Assembly: GCF_036321535.1 (NCBI RefSeq)
Contig: NC_087447.1
Coordinates: 8,618,001 to 8,682,000, forward strand
Origin: Camelus dromedarius
Lineage: Eukaryota
Reading direction: 5' to 3'
Length of the DNA stretch: 64,000 nucleotides
The stretch's first letter is position 1. Each line of letters opens with the position of its first letter. The position numbers and the translations under genes are program-made. This document shows positions 1 to 10,515 of this stretch, piece after piece. The notes under the pieces were generated by a model. That model had not been told where the DNA came from and ran no database searches. It saw only the letters and a list, made by a program, of their open reading frames with translations.

Positions 1-317
1 GCTGGCTTCATTCTTTTCCACTTTTTCCCAGGGCCCAACACAGAGCCTGGCACACAACAAGAGCTTTAAAAATGTCTGCGGAGTAAACGAATGACCAAAC
101 TTAGCTAAGGGAAGGAGGTCCTGTTATCCAGCTTTGCATAGGGCGTCTTGGGAACCCAAAGCAGGATGCAGCTGACTGCCTGGGGCACCTGGGAGGGTGA
201 GAGGGTTCCCCAGGGTAGTTGGCAGAACCTTGCAAAATGTGTAGGAGTTGGGGAGGGGATGCAGGCACAAGGCGCGGTGTACGCACCGATCAGGCGGCAC
301 GGAGGGCGCGACACTCA

Positions 318-572
<255 letters not shown>

Positions 573-635
573 CTTCCCCGAAGAGGCTGAGCACCAGCCG
601 AGCCCACGCCAGGGACCGCTACCCAGCCACCAGAA

Positions 636-780
636 CCGCCGGAAGTACAGCAACCTCGCGAAGCTGGCTTCCGGGCCTGCGGAACTCGCCTCCTCCTCGG
701 ACCTGATTGGGCCTCTCTGTGGTAGGCGGGGAATCCGTGAAGCTCCGCCCCTCCGCCCAGTGCACCAGCGGCTAAAGAAC
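636..780 (-). promoter_or_regulatory. POLR2G CpG-rich promoter
   Basis: CpG-rich stretch just upstream of the ATG with an ETS motif (ccggaagt, ~639-646), a CCAAT box on the - strand (gattgg, ~705-710) and GC boxes. Confidence 0.6.
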
Positions 781-904
781 CCGCCTGTCACAAATTAACT
801 GTGCCTGGTCTAGAGTAAATGCTCAATAAATACTTTTAAATTGAGTTAATTAATTAATGAAAGATGGCAGAGTCCGCTTATTCAACAAATAGTTGAAGGC
901 TGCT

Positions 905-1090
905 TTCACATAGTAAGCTTAGTAAATAGCCGTTCTTATCTCATTTAATCCATACAGCAATCCCACCAGGTGGGCTTTATTATTATTAGTATTCCCATTT
1001 ACAAATAAGACCCCAGGCTCAGAGGATTGAGGTCACTCAGGGTCACTCAGGGTCCGGATTCTGACTCCAAGACTTTTGTAAATTCAGGCA
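905..1090. mobile_element. MIR SINE remnant
   Basis: MIR-core-like text 'tctcatttaatcc...attcccattt acaaat...ggctcagagg'; boundaries approximate. Confidence 0.5.
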
Positions 1091-1268
1091 TTCACTACCG
1101 GTTGCTGGTAGTCTGGAGATGAAGCTGCCTATCAGAGCCCAGAAGGCAGCGCCTCCTCCCGGTGTGAAAAGAACCTCACGTCACTCCACTCCTCCCTTCC
1201 ACTCACCTCCCCCCACACTACCTTAGGCAGTCAGCTAGATTTCCGCAGAGAAAGAGGGGCACTGTCCA

Positions 1269-1744
1269 TGTGGCAAGAAACAATACATCTGGTGGAGACA
1301 GGAGTCCTAGGGGCAGGTGAAGGAAGGCGGCAGAAGGCGGGAATCTCTGCATCCGAATGTAACCTTTTGCCCAATTATGCTCTTATTATGATAAAATTAA
1401 CCTTGCAGATAAGAAGTACTCATCATGCACTAATGCTAGGACACTTCCAATCAAGACCAAATAAGGACAAAAATCCCTCCTTCCTTCTGGAAGGTGGAGC
1501 TGGGAGGAAAATCTGGAAATATGCCAAACACCTCCCTCCTCAATGAATATTCCGCCCAATTATTTTCACACCTAGTATAACCAACTTGCCAAAGGACCTC
1601 GGGGCAGCTACTCACCTGACCCTGCCTGCTGTCCCTTCTAAGAGAGTACTATTGGTTAGTAAATCCTCACTTTGCTTTCTTGGTCTCCGTGTCTGGTCTC
1701 TAAATTGTTTCTGTGAGGAAACAAGAACCTACTCTCAGGTAACA
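1269..1744 (+). mobile_element. possible solo LTR of ERV type
   Basis: Starts TGT and ends ...ggtaaca; U3/R/U5-like composition. Family not recognised. Confidence 0.3.
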
Positions 1745-2592
1745 CCCCCATGAGACCTCCAGAACTGGCGAGCCCTGTCTGTTCCTTCACCTCTGCCCAC
1801 ACTTCTGTAGATAGTCCTTTAATCAAGCTCACCTCAGTTAACCAGAATGAGCATGCAATCTGTGCCCTGCCTGATAAAAGGGCCGTTCAGAGAAGCAGAA
1901 ACATCATGAGATGCAGGCCTATGACAAAGGCTCAGCAGGAGAAGTTATGTGTCCTTGAACCAACTCCCTGTTGCCTGAGTAAGTTTTTGTATGTATGTAA
2001 GTAGAAGAGTCTGACCTACTCACTCTCCTGCAAGAACAGAGACCACTTGCTTTCTTAGAGCTGTCACACACCCGTTCTCATTCATGCCTCATCTTTGCTA
2101 GAATGGTTGAGGCCACCAGTCAGATGCTCAGACTTCATGGAGATGCTCAGACTTCATGGGGATACCCTCCACCGTGACCAGGCAAGGAAGCAGATGGGTG
2201 GGTCTCAACAGCCTGGACTCCCTCCTCTCTTCTTTTCCAGGCCAGCTTCCCCACAAGAGCAAACTTACCTGCCGACAGTGGTATGTTGGAGCCCCCTACA
2301 AGAGCCAATCATTAATATTTCAGGAATTTTGCAAGCCAGTAGTTAAACACAGCCATTTTTTAAAAAATTAATGAACTTACAATTAAATGAATTATACTAA
2401 AAAACAAAGGCAGAGGAGTAGATAAAACAAGGTTGGCAATATATTGATAATTGTTGAAGCCAGGTGATGGATAATGGTAGTTTCTTATACTTTTCCTTCT
2501 ACTTTTGCATGTTTGAAATTGTTCATAATAATAAAGTTAGAAAAAAAAACAAAGGTAACTATGATACTGTGATTTATAATAAAAAATAAGGT

Positions 2593-2727
2593 GGGGAGGA
2601 GGGTATAGTTCAGTGGTAGAGCACGTGCTTAGCATGCACGAGGTCTTGGGTTCAATCCCCAGTACCTCCATCTCTATAAATAAATAAATAAAAATCTACT
2701 CCCCCCCCTGCAAAATAAATAAATAAT
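2593..2727 (+). mobile_element. tRNA-Ala(AGC)-derived camelid SINE (Vic-1 type)
   Basis: gggtatagttcagtggtagagcacgtgcttagcatgcacgaggtcttgggttcaatccccagtacctcca (tRNA-Ala-like head with A/B boxes) followed by (AATA)n, C-run and A-rich tail. Confidence 0.9.
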
Positions 2728-2769
2728 TTTTTTTTAAGTTTATGTTTTGTCTTCTTCCCTATTCCTGGC

Positions 2770-3370
2770 ACAGAGGTGACTTTTGGAAAGCATCTAAAGC
2801 AGGAGAAATGACCAACTGATTGAAGTGTTGGAACTTCCAGTCTCAACTCCCTGACTTGACTAATGAATGAATCAACCATGCCTGTGCAGTGAAGTCTCCA
2901 GAAAACCCCAAAAGGATGACATTCAGAGAGCTTCAAGATTGAAGCCCTGGAGAACTGGGGAGAGCAGTGAGCTCAGATAGAGCTTGGAAGCATCCATGCC
3001 CTTTCCCCATCCCTTGCTTTGGGCATCTTTTCTATCTGGCTGTTCCTGAGTTAGATACTTTTATAATAAAGTGGTAATCTAGTAAGTGAAGTTTCTTTGA
3101 GTTCTGTGAGCCACTCTAGCAGATTAATGGCACCTAAGGAGGGGTCTTTGGAACCTTCAACCTATAGCCAGTGAGTCAGAAGCACAGGTGACAACCGGGA
3201 CTTGCAATTGCCATCTGAAATGGAGGGCAGTCTTGTAGGACTGATCACTTTACCTGTGGCATCTGATGCTATCAGTGTCGATGGTGTCAGAATTGGGTTA
3301 AATTGTAGGCCACTCAGCTGGTGTTTGAGAATTGCTTGGATGTGTTGGGGAGGGCGGAAACGTACATTGT
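2770..3370 (+). mobile_element. MER21-like LTR
   Basis: Recognisable MER21 text ('gagttctgtgagccactctagc', 'agaagcacaggtgacaacc', 'atctgatgctatc...gtgtcagaattg'); clearly homologous to 63225-63960. Confidence 0.7.
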
Positions 3371-3689
3371 AATTAGAGCCAGAATCATTATTAATCAAAA
3401 ATAAAAACTCGTCACTTCCTATTTTAACACAGTTTACTCTTATGAATGTTCTTGTGGTTATTTACACTTGTTGTTTCTGTGTGGTGTAAATGTTGCATAA
3501 TGGTATGTGTAGGGGTAAGAGTTCCAGTTGCTCAGATATCCTCACCAGCACTTGGCATTTTCAGCAGGGTTTGTTTAGCTATTCTAATTACTCTAGTAGT
3601 ATCTCTTACGCTTTTAATTTTTGTTTCCCTAACGAGTAAGGATGTTGAACATCTTTTTATGCATTTATTTGCTCAGAGTAATCTTTTCA

Positions 3690-4270
3690 AAACTCAAGTC
3701 AAATCATGTCACTCCCCTACTTAAAACCCAATGGCTTCCCAGGGCACTGGAATAAAAACATCACTCTAACCTACCAGGCAGGGGCCAGATCCAACCAACT
3801 CTATTTTCTGCCTCTCTTTCTCTTGCTTTCTCCACTCCAGCCACATTGGCCTCCTCTCCCACCTCAGGACCAATGTACTTGTTATTTCCTCTGCCCATAA
3901 TGCACTTGGCTCTGATTTTCACCTGGTTCAGGGGCGGGAGGGGAAGCTCCTTCTCACTTTTCAGGTATAAGCTCAATATCACTACCTCTGAGAGGCCTTC
4001 CATGACTGCTCTGGCTCAAGTAGCCACACCCCAATCATTCCTTTATTGCATTGCTTTGTTCTATTTTCTTTAAAGAACTTACCCCTATTTGGCATCATCT
4101 TACCAAGTTATATATGTGCAAATTGCTTGTTTCCTCTCAAGAAGGGCAGGGATTCTTGTCTGTTGCGTTCCTCTGTATCTCCAAAGCCTAGAACAGAGCC
4201 TGGCACACATGGGTGTTCAGGATCTATTTGCATCAGTGAGTGAATCTCTAGCACCTAACACTGCGCTTGG
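3690..4270 (+). mobile_element. L2 LINE 3' fragment
   Basis: 'aatcatgtcactcccctacttaaaac...cctagaacagagcctggcacac' L2 3'-end signature; boundaries approximate. Confidence 0.55.
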
Positions 4271-4504
4271 CAAATAGAGGAGTTTAACAGGTATGGGTGG
4301 ATTGAACCTCATTCTCATAATTAATCTATTATTATCTCTTCAAGCTCCCCTGGGATACGTTGGCCCTGATACATTCTCCCCAAGCCCTGATCTCTTACTT
4401 CTAAAGCTTCAGAATCAGAGACGAGCTAGAACACAAAGAAAATAGCAATGGAGAACAAGCAGCTGTATTGAGATTTGGAGTACAAAGAAAATCTGTTGGA
4501 GGAT

Positions 4505-5015
4505 TGTTTCCTCTATCTTTTGCTGCTCAATAAACCACCCCAAAACACAGTGGCTTGAAACAACCACAGTTATTTACTTAGCTCACAAATCTGTAATTTG
4601 AGCAGGACTCAGTGGGACAGGCTTACAGCTGCTCCTACCCCAGCTGCGGCAGTTCAACTGGGGACTGGAGGACCCACTTCCAAGATGGATCAATCACCTG
4701 GCTGGCAAATTGAAGCTGGCTGTTAGCTGGAAGGCTGGTTGTTGCTGTGGCTGAAACACTTACACATGCCCTCTTCTGTGACCCCGGTTCTTCACAGCAT
4801 AGTGGCTAGGTTCTAAGAGCAAGCGTCCCAAGAAGACCAGGCAGAAGCTCTATTCCTTTCTATGACTTAGCATCTCATCTCTCAGGATCACAATCCCTTC
4901 CAGACTCAAAGTGAGAGATCTTACCCGATGTAAGGAGCATCAGTGTCATGTTGTAAAGTGAGCAGGTGGGAGGGAAGATCTTGTTAAGGCCACCTTGGAG
5001 AATACAATCTGCTGC
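4505..5015. mobile_element. MLT1-family MaLR LTR
   Basis: 'aaccaccccaaaacacagtggcttgaaacaac...ctcacaaatctgtaatttg...cttccaagatgg' is typical MLT1 text. Confidence 0.65.
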
Positions 5016-5554
5016 AAGAACAGAGTCTTGCCAATCTAGAGAGCAGAGAGGAGCCCTTGTGATGATGTCTGTCACCTTCTCCCAATGATTCATACACAAG
5101 CAGCAGGTCCAGCCCCTGAAGGGCAATCTCTCAGCAAGGATCGTCCATCCCAGCTGCCCCTCTCCCTGGGTCTAGACTCCCACTTCTCTGCCATCAGTTC
5201 TTCCAACAGCCAGGATAATTCTGCCCCCAAACAAGTCTGAATCCTCTAGCCATGGATACTACGACAACCCTAAGAACACTGTAGGAAGATAGATCTACAA
5301 CATAGTTAGGTGTGTGGCTTTGAAGATAGACCTAGATTCAATCTCAGCTCTGCCTTTTATTGGGTGACCTTGGCCAAGTTACTTAACCAAGTCTCAGAAG
5401 AACCTCAGTCTCTTCTTCTGTCTAATGGGGATAGGAAAGGCTATTATGGAATTAGAGACAGTATGTTTAGCACATTGCTAGCACCTAACAAATACTAAAT
5501 AAATACTAAATGCTATGTTGGTTTTCTTTTTAATATATTTATTTTTATTTTAAA

Positions 5555-5695
5555 CTCTTTTTTTGGGAGTATTTAGGTTTATTTATTAACTAATTTATTT
5601 AAAAAATTTAATGGAGGTTTGAACCCAGGGGGTTTGAACCCAGGACCCTGTGCTTGCTCAGCATGCACTCTGCCACTGAAATGTACCCTCCCCTC
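5555..5695 (-). mobile_element. Vic-1-type SINE, degenerate
   Basis: Reverse-complement tRNA-Ala head with (TTTA)n tail; internal duplication of 'gtttgaacccagg'. Confidence 0.75.
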
Positions 5696-6184
5696 AATTT
5701 TTATTTTTTGTTTTACTTTGCTTTTTTAATTTTATTTATGTATGTAGGTATTTTTCTAACTTGTACTAATACACAGACACTTAGAAGCAAAGCGTCTCAA
5801 CCTTTTCCCTTGGGGGAGTTACTGCAATAAGTAGGAAATTTCTTCTGTTTTGACTTTAAATTTTACATACATTTTTTTCATGTGTCATAGTCTGTCTATG
5901 CCAGTTTACTACCCCTAATCCCCAAATAAAAACTTTTATCCAAAAAAAAATCTGACTGAATGACACTCTAGAGAGATGTTTCTTGGTATCCTGTAGCTCT
6001 GTGTACCCCAGGGTAGGGGTCGGTATACGCCAGTTTTGAGAAAGGCAACAAGTTGTGCCCTGTTTACTGGTGCTCCTGGGGGTGAGAGAGGCTGAAATAC
6101 AGCACACACTAAGTTTATTAAGCCATGGTGGCCACTAGTCTGTTTTGACCAAAGGGAACCCCGTTTTCAAATTTGTACAGAGGT

Positions 6185-6385
6185 TAAAAGAACTGTAATT
6201 TTAAAAACTTATGTCACAACATTGTAAACTGACTATACTTCAATAAAAATATTTATTAAAAAAATCTATGAAAGGGTAGAGCTTAAGTTAAAGGACATGC
6301 TTAGCTTGCAAAAGGTCCTAGATTCAATCTTCAGTACCTCCATTAAAATAAATAAATAAACCTAATCACCCCCCAATAAATAAAT
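6185..6385 (+). mobile_element. L1 3' tip followed by a degenerate Vic-1-type SINE (~6272-6385)
   Basis: 'cacaacattgtaaactgactatacttcaataaaa' L1 end, then 'catgcttagcttgc...cagtacctccattaaaataaataaataaacctaat'. Confidence 0.65.
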
Positions 6386-6399
6386 AATCCAGATCCAGT

Positions 6400-7110
6400 A
6401 TATACTGGATGTGCCAAGCACACAGTCTTTGTACCCAAATCCAGATTCATCTTCATTCTGATCTCTTCTGAACGTGCAGAAACACGATTGCGTAAGCTCC
6501 CCAAAGCACCTATGCTCCTGGCTGCTTAGCAGCTCCCGCAGCCCTCTCTGCTACAAGGATTTTCCCTCCAGTCCCCTGGCTTTAAACACCACCTACATGC
6601 TGATGACACTCCCAATGCCCAACTCCAGCCCAATGTTTCCCCTGCTCTTCAGGCTCACAAGTCGACCTAGATGAGGGGAAGCTCTACTTAAAGGGCCAAA
6701 AGCTGGACTCTCGATTTTCCTCCCCAATTGTCCCCATCTCAGAATATGGCTGTCACCCACACCATTGCTCATGCAAAACTTTTGGCCATCCTCCTTGACT
6801 CCTTTTTTCTCTTGTCCCCCATCTCCTATCCTAATTTTAGCAAATTCTTGGGACCCAGCACTTCTCTCCAGCTCCATCACCACTACCCTTGTCTAGTGAT
6901 CATCCTCTCTTGCAGGACCATTTCCACAGCTTTCTTCCTGCTCCCACTCTGACCCGCTATGCTCCTTTCTCCACAGAGTAGCCAGGATCAGCCTTTAAAA
7001 GCAAGAATGTTATCAGAACCCTCCCCAACTGAAAACCCACCAATGGCTTCCCATCACATTCAGAATAAAATACAAACTCCTCACCCTGGCCAGTGAAATT
7101 CCATGCCTAT
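6400..7110 (+). mobile_element. L2 LINE fragment
   Basis: L2-like text ('ctacatgctgatgacactccca', 'aatggcttcccatcacattcagaataaaatacaaactcctcacc'). Confidence 0.55.
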
Positions 7111-8199
7111 CTACCTGTGTGAGGCCAGATTTTAATCTTCATATAATCAAAACAATTATCTCATCATAGCTTGAAAATAGAAGCAGATGTGAGAATCCAG
7201 CTTCTATTGAGCTAGACATCAAGGAAATTTGGAAAAATGTAAAACAATGACACTATTTTACTACATTTTTTTGATTTAGGGAAATATAGTTATTTTTCCT
7301 AAAAAAATGGAAATGTTATGTTGGTTTTAATTCCTACACAATAAATATTGTATGGCTTGGAAGAGTATCTTGAAAAGGTGGGATCTCAAGCTGAGGCCAG
7401 TGTGGCCTGCATGTCTCTAGAACAAGGACGGAAGGTAGATGAAGTGTTCCTAATTCTGGTTAGATCTGATTGGAGGGCTTGGCTGCAAACCAAACTGCAG
7501 ATACTAAGTGTGGTGAGTGAAGGGGTGAATAGCGGGTGAAGGGCACTGATTTACTCCTCTGATAACCCTGTCAACACATTGCCCCGCTGAGAAGAGACAG
7601 GTATCACTGATACCCAATTTACAGCCTTTTACTCTGGTAGTCTAGGGAAGTCTGGGGTAGTCTCTGGAAGATTTCTTTGGAAACAGCCTTGCTGTTTATT
7701 CTCCCACCTTGGGACATTTTAGAGCCTTGAGCCCACTCCTTCCTTTCCTATCAGCACTTGCCAGCTTCACTCCAGACAGAGGACACTCTAATCTCTTCAT
7801 TGTTAAGTTGGCTACGCAGTTCAGGCTAGGGACTCTATGACGGCATTCGCGCATGTGCTAGTCCTCCGACACCACCATTGCTGAGCCCTGAACCATCAGA
7901 CTGGAGGGAGTGAAGCAGTAGGGTATCTTGGAGTTTTTGAGGGAGGAAGGGACCTACAAGCGACCCCTACAGTTCAGAAAGGTGTAGCCTACGGTTCCGC
8001 AGAGCCGGTTCTAAGATCCGGGCCTCCTCGGAACCACACCAGTTTGTTGGCTCTCCTTTTTCCGGTTACCCTGCAGCGGGGATGATGTTGTGGTCGGCAA
8101 AGCACGAGGCTCTGCGAGGGGGCGGGCCTCGCGCCGCACCCCAGGCGCTTCACACTCCACTCTTTACAGCCTGTTCCCCGCCCTCCTACCGCCTCAGGT

Positions 8200-8463
8200 A
8201 GATGGAAAAGCTCGGCCAATACAGTAGGCTCTGAAGCAAAGAAGGCGGGACCAGAAGGAAAAGTTTAGGACAGGAACGCCAACCAATCGGACGCGTAGCT
8301 GCCTGAGCGACAGCGACCAGTACCCATTTAAAGACGCCGCCCTGAGCGGGGGGCTGGCTAGTGGAGAGTGAACCAGTCCGTGACAAGGAAAGGCAAATTT
8401 GAGCCAATTAAAACTGAGAAGGTGGGAAGGGGCGGAGCTGGCCCGCTGGTCGCTCGGTGGTAG
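8200..8463 (+). promoter_or_regulatory. ZBTB3 promoter and short non-coding first exon
   Basis: CpG-rich; CCAAT boxes near 8215, 8283 and 8404; GC box ggggcggag ~8429; donor tag|gtgagg at 8463/8464; coding-exon acceptor cccag| at 8895/8896. Confidence 0.6.
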
Positions 8464-8946
8464 GTGAGGGATCAGCTTTCTCTGCTACTTCCCACCTTAG
8501 GACTTCTTAGCTCCTGGAATGCGAGAGAGGCTCAGGGAGTTCCCGGAGTGGGGCGTAGAGGTATCGGCCAGGAAGGCCTCGGAGCGAGACTTCTAGTTGG
8601 AGGGGCGCCTGGAAGCTACTGGGTGGGCATCGGGGAAGCGGAGGTTGCGTAGGGGGCGGGACTTCCGGGGCGGGGCTTTGTTTAATAGGCGGGGCCTATT
8701 GCTAAGGTTAGGCCGAGGGGCGGAGCTAAAAAGTAGACCATTGGTTGTGACCTAGGAGAAAGAAGGGTAGTAACTGAAGCGAGCGTCTTGGGGTCGGTGT
8801 TGCCAGAGGCTTTGGGGTGGCAAGTGATAGCTCAGAGCTGACGTTAAGGTTTCTGGGGAGGTTACCTGCCCTAACCTACTGTCCTCTTTTCCCAGGGAGC
8901 CACTGGTGGGGACCTTTCTAGGGTCCCTTTCCCTTCGTGGGGTGCT

Positions 8947-10515
8947 ATGGAGTTTCCAGAACACAGCCAGCAACTGCTTCAGAGCCTCCGGGAGCAGCGG
9001 TCCCAGGGTTTCCTTTGTGACTGCACGGTGGTGGTGGGTAGCAGCCAGTTCTTGGCCCACCGGGCTGTGCTGGCCTCTTGCAGCCCATTTTTCCAGCTTT
9101 TCTACAAAGAGAGGGAACTGGACAAGAGGGATCTTGTGTGTATCCACAACGAGATTGTCACTGCCCCAGCCTTTGGGCTGCTTCTGGACTTTATGTATGC
9201 CGGCCAGCTGGTCCTGAGGGGGGATACCCCTGTGGAGGATGTCCTGGCAGCTGCCAGCTACTTGCACATGAATGACATCGTCAAGGTGTGTAAGCGGCGG
9301 CTGCAAGCTCGGGCCCTGGCAGAGGCGGACAGTACCAAGAAGGAGGAGGAAGCCAACTCACAGCCCTCTAACTTGGAGTTTTTGTCCAGCACTTCCCGTG
9401 GCCCTCAGCCTTCGTTGCCATCTGCGGAGACATCAGGCCACTGGGGCAAAGACGAATGGAAAGGATCAGCTGCTCCCTCACCTACTGTCTGTCCTCCAGA
9501 TGAGCCACCAGTTCCGGCTGGGGCTGACACTACACAGCCTGGTGTGGAGGTTGACTCACTGCACCTTCGGGCACCTCCTCCACCAGTGGCTGATGTCTCT
9601 CTTGCCAGCCCCAGTAGCTCCACAGAGACCAATACTGCAAATTATTTCTCTTCCGGCCTCCCAACCGTTTCAGTGGAGCCACTGGCTCCCCTTGATGTGG
9701 CTTCTGAGAGTCTGAGGATGGTGGAACCAAGGGATACTGGAGGACAGTTGCAAGGCTTCTATCCCCCAGCTGCAGCTGCAGCCCCAGTTCCATCCCAGGC
9801 TGCAGCCCCAGTTCCATCCCAGGCTCCAGCCCCAGCGGAAGCTGAACTGGTCCAGGTGAAAGTAGAAGCTATTGTGATTTCCGACGAGGAGACTGATGTG
9901 TCAGAGGAACAGCCTCGGGGTCCTGAGGGACTGTTCCCACCTGGAGGAGCAATGTATGGTGGACAGCCCCCCCAGCCAGAGGCTTTTGAGGGGCCCAGGG
10001 CTGCAGGACTGGAGGAAGTGGGGCCAAGTGACCACTTCCTGCCCCCAGATCCTCACCTACCCTACCATTTGCTGCCAGGTCCAGGGCAGTATCACCGAGG
10101 ACTGGTGACCTCACCTCTGCCTGCTCCGCCTGCCCTACATGAACCACTATACCTGCCTTCTGAGTATGAAGCGGCCCCAGGAGGCTTTGGAGTTTTTACT
10201 GAGGATGTGCCCACTTGCAAGACATGTGGGAAGACCTTCTCATGCTCTTACACATTACGGCGCCATGCCACCGTGCACACGCGGGAGCGACCCTACGAGT
10301 GCCGCTACTGCCTGCGCAGCTACACGCAGTCAGGGGACCTGTACCGCCACATCCGCAAGGCTCACAATGAGGACCTGGCCAAACGCAGCAAACCAGATCC
10401 AGAGGCAGGCCCCCTCCTAGGAGCGCAGCCCCTCCCTGGCTCACCGACAGCAGATAGACAGAACAACGGTGGTGGAGGGCCACCCAAAGATTTTGTACTT
10501 GGCCCCAAAAACTAA
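8947..10515 (+). CDS. ZBTB3: zinc finger and BTB domain-containing protein 3 (522 aa, single coding exon)
   Basis: N-terminal BTB/POZ domain ([26 protein letters not shown]...HRAVLASCS) and two C2H2 fingers ([21 protein letters not shown]; [22 protein letters not shown]); synteny with POLR2G and TTC9C. Confidence 0.97.
   Translation: MEFPEHSQQLLQSLREQRSQGFLCDCTVVVGSSQFLAHRAVLASCSPFFQLFYKERELDKRDLVCIHNEIVTAPAFGLLLDFMYAGQLVLRGDTPVEDVLAAASYLHMNDIVKVCKRRLQARALAEADSTKKEEEANSQPSNLEFLSSTSRGPQPSLPSAETSGHWGKDEWKGSAAPSPTVCPPDEPPVPAGADTTQPGVEVDSLHLRAPPPPVADVSLASPSSSTETNTANYFSSGLPTVSVEPLAPLDVASESLRMVEPRDTGGQLQGFYPPAAAAAPVPSQAAAPVPSQAPAPAEAELVQVKVEAIVISDEETDVSEEQPRGPEGLFPPGGAMYGGQPPQPEAFEGPRAAGLEEVGPSDHFLPPDPHLPYHLLPGPGQYHRGLVTSPLPAPPALHEPLYLPSEYEAAPGGFGVFTEDVPTCKTCGKTFSCSYTLRRHATVHTRERPYECRYCLRSYTQSGDLYRHIRKAHNEDLAKRSKPDPEAGPLLGAQPLPGSPTADRQNNGGGGPPKDFVLGPKN
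9775..9834 (+). repeat. in-frame 24-bp coding tandem repeat, 2 perfect copies plus a partial
   Basis: gctgcagccccagttccatcccag at 9775-9798 and 9799-9822, encoding AAAPVPSQ twice. Confidence 0.95.

Noticed and set aside
2593-2670. Apparent tRNA-Ala(AGC) gene, likewise the other seven copies
   Set aside because: Followed by an (AATA)n/C-run/A tail, present in many diverged copies, some with TSDs: SINE heads, not tRNA genes.
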